Shown here: piece by piece, positions 24,553-35,979 of the stretch
How the letters are laid out: each line of letters begins with the position of its first letter
How positions within the stretch are numbered: the first letter of the stretch is position 1
Assembly: GCA_000697335.1 (NCBI GenBank)
Contig: JNEM01007286.1
Span: forward strand, 1-35,979
Source of the DNA: Conidiobolus incongruus B7586
Lineage: Eukaryota
DNA length: 35,979 nt
Direction of reading: 5' to 3'
Position numbers and translations under genes: made by a program
The notes under the pieces: model-generated
Database searches by the model: none
What the model was told of the DNA's origin: nothing
The model's input: the letters and a program-made list of their open reading frames with translations, nothing else

Positions 24553-27500
24553 ATGACTTTGGAAAGATCTCCATTTTTTAATAATATTAAAGTACCTAAA
24601 TTCAACAATTCCAATAGCCAATCTGAAACATCGGCATCGGCATCAACATCAATTTTTCATTCGAAGCTTAAGTCTTTGAATTTATCTAAAGATAAAGAAA
24701 ACGAAGATTCAAGGAATTATTCACAATTGACTAGCCCTCAGTTGGATAAAAATCAATTTAAAAATAATATTAAAAAAATGGTATATTAATGAGCTTAATA
24801 TATGAAATGATTATTTGACCAACGCTATTATATTGGTTATTTTAGGCGAATGGCTCTTTACTTAGTAAACTCAAGGTATATAATTCGCCAAATTAATTCA
24901 TTAAATGCAATTTAATGAATATTTAAATAGCCTAATTCCCACAGTCGTTCTGGCTCAAGTTCATCTTCAAACTACTCCAAGTTTAAAAGGAAACCATCCC
25001 CTGAAGTCCGGACAATTGGTGAATTCGTTGAGCAAGAACAAAAATTTCTACATGAGCTATCAAAATTCCATGAAGTAAGATTAATATCAGCTAATTATTA
25101 TTTTTTTAATTTCAAGGAATATATTATTCATTTGAATTTATTATCTTAGAAATATTTAATGCCTATTGTGAATCCAAATAATGCTAATCCCATTATTATT
25201 GCATCGTATCAAGAACAATACCTTCTATTATTAACGTTATCAGATTCACTCGTTATAATCAAGCAACATCATACTTCTTTATGGTTTCAAATGAAAAACT
25301 TGGATCCCAGCGAAAATATTAATACTTCCCAGCAAGTTAGCTCTATCATTTCTCAATGCGTGCAAGATGTTGAACCTGTTTATAAGGACTATTGTCAATC
25401 ATTTTTCCAAACATATCAAGCTTTCTGTCAGTTGAGACCTCTCATTAAGGCCACAACGAATATCCATGTGGGTGATAGGTCTTTAAATGGCCCTCAGCTA
25501 TTTTTATATCGACCATTGGACAGATTGTTATCATATAAAAAACAAATTATCAAGATTGAAAAAAATTTACACGAAAAAAGCGGGTCCGATGAAGCTGATT
25601 ATACAAAATCAGCACTTTACAAGGAGAATATAACGGTCCCTTCATCTCAGGATCTCGAACAATTATTAGAATCCTCTTTTACAGAATATAACGAATTAGA
25701 GAAATTGAAGAGGTTGGAAAAGATGTTACAGGTTGCAGATAGATCGATTCATCTAAGTGACCAACACCGAAAATTGATATTGGAGACTAAATTCTCGGTT
25801 GTAAGCTGTAAATTGATATCAAATGATCCTACTACAGCATTTCTTGCTCCCAAGAAAGTCCTTGGAATCTTATTAACCGATCGACTCATATTGATTACAA
25901 ACTATTCTCGGGGAATCACGAAAAGGGATAGGATCTTGATCAACTTGCAAAGAGTTGATTTACTAGATATACAGTCTAATTCATTATGCATTGCATTATC
26001 TCTTCCTGGTACGATCGATGTTACGTTATTATCTCCCAGTCAAGACTTAAGGGATCAATGGTTAGATAATATAAATCTAGTACAGCAAAATCAGAAAATA
26101 TTCTATTCAAAAGTTACATCGCTATCTACTCTCAAATTCTCCCAAATCTACAGTCCAAAGACAGCTCCTGCAGATGACCTTGAAACAGATCAGACCGATT
26201 CAGGTAGGGCCTCTTCAGATTGTCCAACCACTTCTTCAGTGTGTCCACCACTGTCCAATAATCCAGATAACTCATCGACCACTTCAGATGATCAAACAGA
26301 AATTAGCGAGCCAACTACCCCTAAAATGGAAAAGATATACCCTCGGAAGCAGTATGAGTGCCATAGTAAGAGAACAAGTTCCGCTGTAGTACCAGAAAAT
26401 GAAAAGACTGATATCGAAATAACCGGTATTCCTTGTTATTTATCACGGCCTTGTTTATTATTTACTTTGCATGGAGGCAATTCAACTTGGACTTCAATGG
26501 GTAGCTGTATCGTAGAAATAAGGCGGCAAGCTGGTAGCGATCCTAGTTTCTTATGTATTCGTTCCCATCCGTCTAAGCATATCATTGCTCGGCTACCGAT
26601 TTTGGCAAAATCCCAGCTTTTGGCACAAATAATTGATGATGATATGATAGAAATTCAAGTAAAAGGTAGCAACTTTTACAGATTCAGCGAAGAGGACTTT
26701 AACGAAGCAAAGCAAATGATCAGCATGATCGAGATCGAGCAAGGAAAAATAAGAGAGTCAAGGTTCGGCGCCGGTGATTTTGAAACTATTGATTCTAAAA
26801 GATTTTCTATTAGCACTGTAGGAACTGATTCCCCTTTAACGATGGCATATAGTCGAAGCAATAGCATAGATCAAAATTTCAGATATATAGAAAGTCCGAA
26901 GCCCAGTTCAATCATCAGTAATGATAGTATTGAATCTGCTGCAACTGATCCTCGTGTTTCTTTAACTCGTTCTTCTTCTCGGCGGGCAGTGCCTTCTACG
27001 CCAAGATCTGCTAGCTTAATGCCAAGAGAACTTTCTCATCAGCCTTCAATGACATCAGTTGTATCACACCCCAGTTTAGTCCAAGGTAATCAACCAAAAG
27101 CGACTATCACTACATCTTGCTTAATTAATATACCCTGTAAATTCTTCGCACAAGATACAACCAATGGGGCTGGGGGAAAATGGATGAGAATAGGACACAC
27201 TCAGCTGACATTATTTAAAGAGACCAAAACATATGATATCAGTGCACCTACGTCAATAACTCGACCAGCACTTTCGAACTCTCGAAATGTAAGAAATACC
27301 ATAAAATTAGTTGTAGAAACTATAGAAAACCCAAGCAAGAATAAGCCATCACTCAAAATCATTTCATGTACTCATCACAACTTAAGAGCCGAGTTGAGTG
27401 GAAAGCGAGGAATAAATCGCAAAATTGCATTATTAGTAGAAGATAAGTATCATCGAATCCGAACGTATTTAATTCAAGTCAAGGATAAAGGGATAGCGGA

Positions 27501-27555
27501 TGAAATAATGTATTGGATTGTGAGAGTACCTCAGCAAGATTCCACTTATGCTTAG
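24553..27555 (+). CDS. Divergent Dbl-family RhoGEF-like protein (DH-PH) with further C-terminal PH-like regions (4 exons)
   Basis: Exons 24553-24780, 24846-24875, 24931-25074, 25150-27555 splice in frame; DH-like RTIGEFVEQEQKFLHELSKFHEKYLMP, PVYKDYCQSF, LFLYRPLDRLLSY; PH-like RKLILE...ILLTDRLILI...RDQWLDNI. Confidence 0.7.
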
Positions 27556-28989
27556 CTTATGTAAACAATCATCAATTCACCATCATTTATAATATTTACA
27601 TATTATAATTTTGTTCAGTTTACAAACTAACCTATTTTCCGCTTTCTACATGCTTTATATACTATATAACTTATTAATAATATATTATCATAATTAGATT
27701 CACTAACCTTATTTCTTTTAATTGTTTATATTTTTCCAATAAAAATTTTTCAGAATATTTCATTTGGCTATATAATATTAAATTGTAAGAATATAATGAT
27801 GTAAAATCAATTTATTGTTGAGACATATTAATCGGATGGAATAATCCTTAATTATTAAGGACTATAAAGGATATAATTTATTATGCAATTATGTATTGCT
27901 ATTCTCAAAAACAAAGTTAATTATTCATTTGTTTCATAAAATTTATTTTGAAAATTTAGAATAATTATTTCATTTTTTTGAACGATAAATATTTCAAATC
28001 AACAGTAAAACAAAATCAATTTATTATATGTATATATCTGGATAGTTGCAACTATTTGAAGCATTTATCATATTATTCTTTTTACTCATTCCAAGTTTGT
28101 TTAACATGTATTCTCTATAATCTCCAATTACAACATAGAAAGCATCACAACCAAATGGTACAGCTCTAACAAATTCAAAATAAAAGTTCAAACAGTACTC
28201 AATTATTTTAAACCAGCAATTGTAAAACAATTTACAACGATATCATATTAATAACATTATGTATATTACCATTATTAGGATATTAATGTTTACGAAACTA
28301 AAGAATAGTTATAAACTGTTTTGGAATTTAAATTCTTAAGACTGATATCGAATAATTGCATTTTTAAAATTGAAATATTCAATCTAATTGTTTGAAAAGA
28401 AGGCATTAATGTATTGCTAAATTGATAGTTTATAATATTAAACAAGGATTAATGATCAGATAATATTTAAATCTTTTAGTTTACTCTAATAATCAAAGTT
28501 GATTTCAATTAATCATACAATATGGTTTGATTGGTTTCCAAAGTCAGATAGCTAGAGGCTAATGTCCAAATGGATTAAGTTTGAAATGTAAAATCAATGG
28601 GATAAAAGGCATCAGATGAGTTAAATAGAAAAAGGAGTTCATGAAAATATTTAACATAACAAGTATTTAAATCCCCAATAATACTAAACCGTTTTATGAA
28701 CAAGAATTCTATAATTCTTTCAATAATATAAATTGTTAAATTGATTTTATCGAAATTTATTTTGAGTATGTATTTATTAGAGGCATTGTGAACATATATA
28801 ATATGAAAATATTGTATTTAAATTACAATATTAATTTTATGATATTGATAATTTATAAGCCAGCCTGACATTATTTTTTATATTTGTCAATTTCAACAAT
28901 TTTTTTGGCTTTGAAAAATTGTGAAAGGAAAATTAATTTGAAGTGATTGATCTCGATTAAATGAAAAATAATAATAATTTAAATTCAAT

Positions 28990-29958
28990 ATAAATTTATT
29001 TAAATTCGAAATACATTGTGCAGATCATCTTTATTTTGAAAATAACTAGTCATTTCTATTATTGTTGCTCATGCGGTCTATTCTCACTATTTGATTTTAT
29101 TACGGCAAAGGTATTCCCTTGGACTTCGCATATTAAGGGCTATTATGATAAATTCTATTAACTTGAAAATTATGTTTAAATATTCATATATTATTAGGTA
29201 GTTTGGTTAAAGGCACCGAACACTCGAAGAAAATGGATGGGAAACTCGGGTTTTTCATTATGGAAATTACCAGTCCTATCAATATTATTGGTATGTGAAT
29301 TTTGGCAAGTTATTACGATCCCGTACTGCCGGAGTTGATGCAGTACTAGAACAATTTGATGCTTTGTTTGTGGACTTTTCACTATGTGAACCGTCCAATA
29401 CTTTACCCTCTCAGAAGTTTTTTCAAAGCTCCTATACCACTTATGGTTGTGTTAGCAGCTACCGTATTCAATACTTTTAATAGTTTTTGCAAAGGACATG
29501 CCTTATTTTTTCTTGGCAATCAACAACCTACCAACAGTATCCAATACTACGTGGAGATTTTCTTATTTGCTATCGGTTCGTTCGGTAACTTAATTCACGA
29601 TAATATTTTAATCAAATTGAGAGAAATTTGTAATAATATGAAATCCAAAAACCATTCCGAAGCTACCATTATGAAATATTATCCTCATATTCCCAAAACT
29701 AGCTTCTACAAAAACGATCAAGGAAAAGTGTACATTATGCCCAAACAGTACATATTCAAATATGTCAACGTCCCTCACTACCTGTGTTTAACTGTGGAAT
29801 GATTAGGGTTCTTTATCGCTAAACCTTCTTTAGCTTCGTTTCTATACTTTTTAAATACTTGGATCACCTTATCCGATAAGGCTAAATATTCTAATGAGTG
29901 GTATAAGAAGAAATTTAAGAATTATGATGTTAAAGCTATCATTCCTTTCTTTTATTAA
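28990..29958 (+). pseudogene. 3-oxo-5-alpha-steroid 4-dehydrogenase (steroid 5-alpha-reductase family) gene with in-frame stops
   Basis: One frame gives YYGK..GKLGFFIMEITSP..WTFHYVNRPILYP..GNLIHDNILIKLR..FKYVNVPHYL..E*LGF..WYKKKF..KAIIPFFY-TAA(29956-58); stops TAG 29047, TGA 29092, TGA 29296, TAG 29347, TGA 29800; candidate intron 29111-29197. The 5' end is uncertain. Confidence 0.8.
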
Positions 29959-30384
29959 TAGTTGCCTAAATAGAAAATTATTATATTGATTAAAAATTGA
30001 TGTATTCAATGTTATTAAAAAAGAGGAATACTCACTCAACAGATGATCTAGAACATTAACTTAATAGCTTTTTTATCATTAAATAAACTTTGTTAATGGA
30101 TTTATAACATTGATTTCTATATTATATTTTATTGCAATCAGATAATATAAAAAATAGTCATTTATTAGCTTTCAAAATATTGGAGATAAAAAATCCCATA
30201 ATCAAAATTGCCTGATACTAATCCTTCAAATTCAATATATAATTAATCAAATCCAAGTAAATTGAATTTAATAAATAATAAGCAATCTTAATCATTCCAA
30301 TTGCTAGCTTAAAAATAGTTATTAAGAGATATTGATTTTAATATTATATTTTATTCACTGTATTGATTATTTCACTTATTAATA

Positions 30385-30804
30385 ATGGACGGATTTCTAA
30401 AAGAGAAGTCGGTATTTACTACATCAGCCAGTTTAATCGATAGTTTAGATAAGAGAATGTTAGTTATGCTTAGAGACGGTAGAAAATTGTTAGGAGTTTT
30501 GAGAAGTTATGACCAATTCGCCAATTTAGTATTACAGGATACCATTGAAAGAGTATATATTGGTGACGCTTATGGCGATATTGTGAGAGGTGTTTATATT
30601 GTAAGAGGTGAAAATGTAGTTTTAATGGGTGAAATTGACGAAGATATTGAAGAAGATTTACCTTTGAGAAAAGTGCCCATAGAAGAAATTCTTCATGTAC
30701 AAAAAATTGACCATGATATTCGTCTAAAATCTGAGAGGGCTAGAAATAAGGTTTTATTCAGTAAAGGTTTTAGTGTAGATTTTGAAAAAACTGATTTTTA
30801 TTAA
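30385..30804 (+). CDS. LSM1: Sm-like protein Lsm1 (cytoplasmic mRNA decay)
   Basis: Intronless 139 aa; FTTSASLIDSLDKRMLVMLRDGRKLLGVLRSYDQFANLVLQDTIER...RGENVVLMGEID. Confidence 0.95.
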   Translation: MDGFLKEKSVFTTSASLIDSLDKRMLVMLRDGRKLLGVLRSYDQFANLVLQDTIERVYIGDAYGDIVRGVYIVRGENVVLMGEIDEDIEEDLPLRKVPIEEILHVQKIDHDIRLKSERARNKVLFSKGFSVDFEKTDFY

Positions 30805-31242
30805 AACTCTATTAAAAATTATTTTTAATTTTAATTATATTAATCATTTAAATAATATCCTTTGTAATATTTGATATTCAATAATTTTAAATATTCATAA
30901 CATCATCTATCTATTTATATTGTAATAACTGATATATTAACTATATCAGAAATCAAGTTTCAATTGATTGACAGTTAACTTGTATTATCTTATATTTTGA
31001 TTTGATAATAGCTAATTTTAACAGCTAATAATATAAATCATTACAAAGCATATATAGAAACAATCAATAAAATATAATTCAAAAATAATAAGGTGATGTG
31101 ATAAAATTATTTTAATAACGATATAAGAGTGTAAAAATTGCAATTAATATAAATTCAATCAAATTTTAATTAAAAGTTATTGTTTATCCCTAAATTCATT
31201 ATTGGTTAATAAAAGCTCATCAATTGTGAAAAAGTAATGGAA

Positions 31243-33018
31243 TTACCAGCTGTGCATCAAACAATTTTGAAGTGAAACTAAAGCATGATATTTAACATCG
31301 TGATTTTCGTGAGTCATTAATTCCATAATGCGTCTTTTGCCTCCCAATTCTTCAACCAATCTAAATATAAAAACAGGTTAATGTATATTAAATTATAAAT
31401 ATGATTAATATTCAATTACGATTTTCCTTTGGGACTATATTTAACATATTCGCCAATATCATGGGCAGCAATTGATAAATACACGGGATCACTGGAAGTA
31501 TTCAAAATATTGATTAAAATACTAAATAAACAGATTGGTCATAAATTCTAAAAAGATCTTATAAATATAGTTATACTTGAGTAACTCATTATTATCATCT
31601 TCCAGTTTTGTAGCATTTTCCTTCCAGAAGTGGGGGGAATCATGAGGAGGAGACCATTCTAAAATTCCTGATTCTAATTCAGCTCGGTATTCATCCCAAG
31701 TAGTCAAGTCTTGGCAAGCAGCTTCTAAGTGTTCTTTCAAGTATCCTAAATCTTCGACAATTTCTTCGTCTGTCCACTTTCTTTGACTTAAAGTTTCACT
31801 CAACTGGTGTACTTTGAAATTCAATAAATATTGGACATTGACTTCAGGAGATCTTTCTAATAAGTTCTAAATTGTATGATACAACTTAATAAGTTTGGTT
31901 ATGAATAGGCCATTAAGAATCAAACTACCTTAAATGTACCGACAATAACTCTAACAATCTTTTCCTTAACGGTACTCTTTGCAATATTAGATAAAATTGG
32001 AAGAATATTATATTTAAATTGAATTTCTTGAGCAATTTTTGTTTGGAAACTCAAAACCCAGAAGCAGAATAAAATTTGGTACTGAATTTGGGGATTTAAT
32101 TGATCAGTTTTGAGTAGATTGATGAGTCCTGAAATTCCTTGAGAATGGTTGTAAAATTCATAACGATAAGTCACATTCTTTAAAAGAGATTGCAAAATTT
32201 GTACTGTAATATCAGCAACATTGGGAGTTTTGCTGGAGAGTTGTTGAACTAAGCTATCTAAAAAGGGTTGTAATTCAGGTGAATAGCCTTCTCCACTGGT
32301 ACTATACGAATTAAATATATTCATTATAAGCAATAAGAATTGTAATATTTTATTACTTACCAAATTAAAGCAGTCAAAATTTTTTCAGCTTTGAGAGCTA
32401 AGAAATCGTCATCTTTATGTAAGCACCTGAAATAATATTAGTTAATAAAAAAAATACCAACACATAATAAAAATCATGTACTTCAAGAAAGGTTCAATTG
32501 GATAACCACTACGAGCATTCTTCAAATTATGGATAATTTGAATGTTTTGAGGGTTAGCTGATTAATTGATATAAAATCTTAATACATAATTAGAATTATA
32601 TTTGATAATTTTTACCATCTAAAATATCATCAATTAAAACCAAAATATATTGTAAAGTATCCACTCGAACCAACTTATTTAATAAATCTAATAATAATAA
32701 TAAATAAGACTCAGAAACCTAATAATTGGAAAAATTAGTATAATTAATTATTTTTCATCTGCGTTCAACCTACTGGTTCTGACTCTTTAGCATTATTAGA
32801 GTGATTGGGACTGTAGTTAGATTCGAAAGTTTTCAATAATTCTAACTCGGATTCAGTAATTAAAGAAGCTTTTTGATAGCCCTAAAGGGATACATTTAAC
32901 ATATTTTAATAAGGATAAAATAAATTTTGATTACCTCCCAAGACATGGGACGTTCTCTGATATTCAATGTTAACTCATCAAAAAAAGGATTCACAACGTA
33001 AGCTAAAGGAACACTCAT
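31243..33018 (-). CDS. VMA13: V-type H+-ATPase subunit H (9 exons)
   Basis: ATG 33018, TAA 31245-31243; IRERPMSWEGYQKASLI, QIQYQILFCFWVLSF, KEKIVRV, RKWTDEEIVEDL, WDEYRAELESGILEWSPPHDSPHFWKENA, AAHDIGEY, LGGKRRIMELMTHENHDVKYHAL; eight GT-AG introns. Confidence 0.95.
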
Positions 33019-33525
33019 AGTAATTTAAATTTATTCAAATGGAAGAAGATAAAGTAATAGAAATATTAACTAGTGCTACTACTATATCAATTAATTGGAT
33101 TCAACAAAATGAATAAGAGAAACAAATGAATTGTCTGACACAGAATTCATTATAATTATTATATGTGACATTTTTTATTTATTGATAAATTTAAAATTCA
33201 ATTTGGTTAATCATGATTTAATCAATTTTTGATGGATTCTTTATTTAGTTGATATAATATTATTATATTCTACTCAAATAGTGGCTTATTGTAATAAAAT
33301 TTCTTTAATTTTATAGTTTATAAATAATTATATAAAAAGTTTAAAAACATATAGTAATAAGAATTTAATGGTCAGTTTATTATGCGATATCCGAGAAAAT
33401 AATTGAATTAGTTAATTAAGCTCAAAAATATATTAATCATAAAAATATTGAAGTGACGAATTTATAAATTATTGCCAAAAATCATTCTAAGTTCCTTAAT
33501 TATCTAAATAAATAGTTGAGACATG

Positions 33526-34733
33526 CTATTTGTTGATATAATCTTCAAAGTATGGATCTATAAATTATATTAATTTAGCAAATTTAATATATGATATTAA
33601 ATAAAACTTACGTAAAAGAGCTTGTTCGGCGCTGATTCTTCTATCTGGACGATATTCGATCATTTTAGTGAGTAAATCAATGCCCATAACATCTAATTTG
33701 GGAATCAAAGTAGCTAAATTCACAGGTGGGTAGTGAGGCATAGGCTGGAAATCTGGTAAATCAACAATTTCAGGCCAGGTAGTAGGTGTAGGAGTTCCCA
33801 AAATTTTATATATTCTATGAAGCTGATCTTTTACGGAAGTGCCCGGGAATAGTGGCCTTCCAGTGGCCATCTCAGCAAAAATACATCCAGCTGACCAAAT
33901 ATCGATGGAGGTTGAATAGTGGCGGGATCCCATCAATACATCGGGGGCTCTGTACCATAGAGTGACTACTTCGTGACTGTAACTTCTAACGGGGATACCA
34001 AATGCTCTAGCTAACCCAAAATCTCCCAGTTTCAACTCTCCTTTCTTATTAATTAGTAAATTTTGAGGCTTTAAATCCTAACAAGAATATACTGATTAGC
34101 ATAATTCAAAAAGATATTAAATATAACTAAAATTACTCTATGTAAGACCCTATTCTTATGACAGAAGTTGATTCCTTTTAATAATTGGAACATTAACATT
34201 TTGATAGTATTAGGGTCCAAATCGCCGTTATATGCATCTAAGAATTTTTTCAAATCCGAATCCATATATTCAAAGACTAGAATTAATTTTTTATCGGTAT
34301 GTAATACATCGTATAAACTATATGTAACGAATATTGTTATTATATTGTAATTTAAACATAATTACAGTTAAAATTACCAGACGATATGTGGGTTTTTTAA
34401 TTCTTTTAATAATGCAATTTCTCTAATAGCGGTACAGGGTACCTAATATTATTAGTTTATTAGTAGTCAAAATGAAATTATATATGATACTTACACCTTC
34501 TTCTTCATTATCCAAACGGATTCTCTTTAGAGCGACAACTTGACCATTTTCTCTATTTTGAGCTTTGTACACTATACCATATGTACCTAAATATTTTTAA
34601 ATTAGCAAAAAACACTTTATTTATTGATAATAAAATACCTTCACCAAGCTTTTCTATTTTCTAAAAATAATAAATATTATTATTATTTATATTAATAAGT
34701 GTTTGATACTTCATATACCTGATACTTTTCCAT
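33526..34733 (-). CDS. Cyclin-dependent kinase, CDK5/Pho85-type with PCTAIRE helix (7 exons)
   Basis: Spliced [21 protein letters not shown]...[19 protein letters not shown]...[12 protein letters not shown]...[33 protein letters not shown]...HPYF; ATG 34733, TAG 33528-33526; first coding exons are 15 and 22 nt. Confidence 0.92.
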
Positions 34734-35260
34734 AATGAAAAATTAAAAACAGTTTAAAAAATAAAAACAATAATCCAAATCGGTTAAGTTTAAGTATTAA
34801 AACAATCAGGTTGTTGGAATAAATTTAAATTTATGTAAAATTTGATTGATCAACAAAACTTTAGATTTTAATTGTTACTTAACTTTTGTGAAACAATAGA
34901 AGTTATAATTGTACTTTTTATTATTAGTTATTGATTTCTGAATTTTTGAGTGAATTTAATTTATTATTAATAAAATGGACTGGTTGAAATAACACTGGAT
35001 CGAAGTTTTTATTAGATTCAATAGAGTAATAATGAAGTTATATTTTACTTATTAGATCATATCATCATTGTTTACTTTATTTATTAATAATATTGTACAA
35101 TTCCTATATAATTAAAGTTCAACATTTAATAAAAATTGGATTTATCTTGATCAACTGATCCCATAAAACTTTATTATATTAATCATTTATAAAATACCTA
35201 AAACCAGCACTAATTAAATGATAATATTGATAAAATTTAACAAATAATATAAATTATAAC

Positions 35261-35979
35261 ATGGATTTATCAGATTTTTTACCTAAAAAATTTAAAACTA
35301 ACTCCAAATCGAAAGATGAATATGAAGAAAAATCTAAAACGAGTACAACTAAAGAAACTGTTGATTTAAATTCTTTCTTCCCGACCGAGTTTGGTACAAG
35401 TAAGCCTGAGAAAAATTATTATAAAAAGCAAAAAGGTACGCATTCAGAAGTTAATAATTCCAGTCAGAAGGATTTAAAGGACAAACTTGCTAATAGTAGT
35501 AATAATATTTCGAAAGAAAATGAGAAAATGGAATTCGATTCTAATAATAATGAAGACAAGTCACCCATACATTCCATTCAACCAGCCCAAAAGGAAGATA
35601 ACTCTAATGTCGATAATGATTACGAATCATCAGAAGAAGACTATGATCCTCTAGAGGATTTTGAACCATTACCAATCACGCATACTGCCAAATTTTCGAG
35701 TGGGAATAAAGCAATTTCAGCCATTTCTATAGATCCCTCAGGCTCGAGAATGATAGTAGGGGATTACGCTTACGATATGAAGTTTTATGACTTTAATGGT
35801 ATGGATCAAAATATGAGACCTTTTAAAAGCATTGAACCTTCAGAAGGAAATCGCATTAAGGATTTGAAATTTTCACTTTCTGGTGGCCAAATTTTACTTG
35901 CTCCAGGAAATTCACAAGCTAAATTGTTCGATAGAGATGGGAATGAAATTGAGCAATGTGTTAAAGGAGATATGTATCT
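35261..35979 (+). CDS. WDR70: WD40-repeat protein WDR70/GAD-1, 5' part (runs off the window end)
   Basis: Open frame from ATG 35261; FPTEFG near the N-terminus, acidic linker, then LPITH...KAISAISIDPSGSRM...YDMKFYDFNGMD...PFKSIEP...QAKLFDRDG...CVKGDMY. Confidence 0.88.
   Translation, partial: MDLSDFLPKKFKTNSKSKDEYEEKSKTSTTKETVDLNSFFPTEFGTSKPEKNYYKKQKGTHSEVNNSSQKDLKDKLANSSNNISKENEKMEFDSNNNEDKSPIHSIQPAQKEDNSNVDNDYESSEEDYDPLEDFEPLPITHTAKFSSGNKAISAISIDPSGSRMIVGDYAYDMKFYDFNGMDQNMRPFKSIEPSEGNRIKDLKFSLSGGQILLAPGNSQAKLFDRDGNEIEQCVKGDMY

Noticed and set aside
27978..28230. Overlapping short ORFs, possible gene remnant
   Set aside because: No recognisable homology or consistent exon structure by eye.
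29291..29349. GTATGT...TAG intron that would remove two stops from the reductase gene
   Set aside because: Lengths 59 nt (TAG) or 53 nt (CAG 29343) both shift out of the frame carrying HYVNR.
16336..34733. U12-type (minor spliceosome) introns
   Set aside because: No RTATCCTT donors or AT-AC ends among the introns traced in intact genes.
12065..35979. Genome-wide stop-codon reassignment (TAA/TAG=Gln or TGA=Trp/Sec) as the cause of internal stops
   Set aside because: TAA (LSM1, VMA13), TAG (CDK) and TGA (RAM2) all end intact genes at the expected place, and long conserved ORFs have no internal stops; TGA 29800 aligns to Trp, not Cys.

Overview
Eukaryotic, very AT-rich genomic DNA with short (mostly ~48-75 nt) GT-AG introns, most consistent with an early-diverging fungus (inference from protein families and intron style; the taxon cannot be fixed from the sequence). 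Left third: two divergently oriented, intronless Ecl1-family (lifespan-extender, Cys4 zinc-binding) paralogues in long AT-rich spacers, then a DNF3-like P4-ATPase lipid flippase whose frame is broken once (+1) near 13,430-13,555. Right two-thirds: a compact housekeeping block (PRP31, RAM2, a DH-PH RhoGEF-like gene, LSM1, VMA13, a PCTAIRE-motif CDK5/Pho85-type kinase, the 5' part of WDR70) containing two disabled genes. One is a ~1,070-codon gene of unknown family with four in-frame TAA, two frameshifts and altered splice donors. The other is a steroid 5-alpha-reductase-family gene that stays in one frame but is interrupted by up to five TGA/TAG codons, each one A-to-G change from TGG. The most notable signals are these interrupted genes (decay versus recoding/editing), the flippase frameshift, an oriented TCCCATAA motif upstream of five genes, and shared cis-elements plus a conserved tail motif in the Ecl1 pair. 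No tRNA, rRNA, CRISPR array or intact mobile element was recognised.
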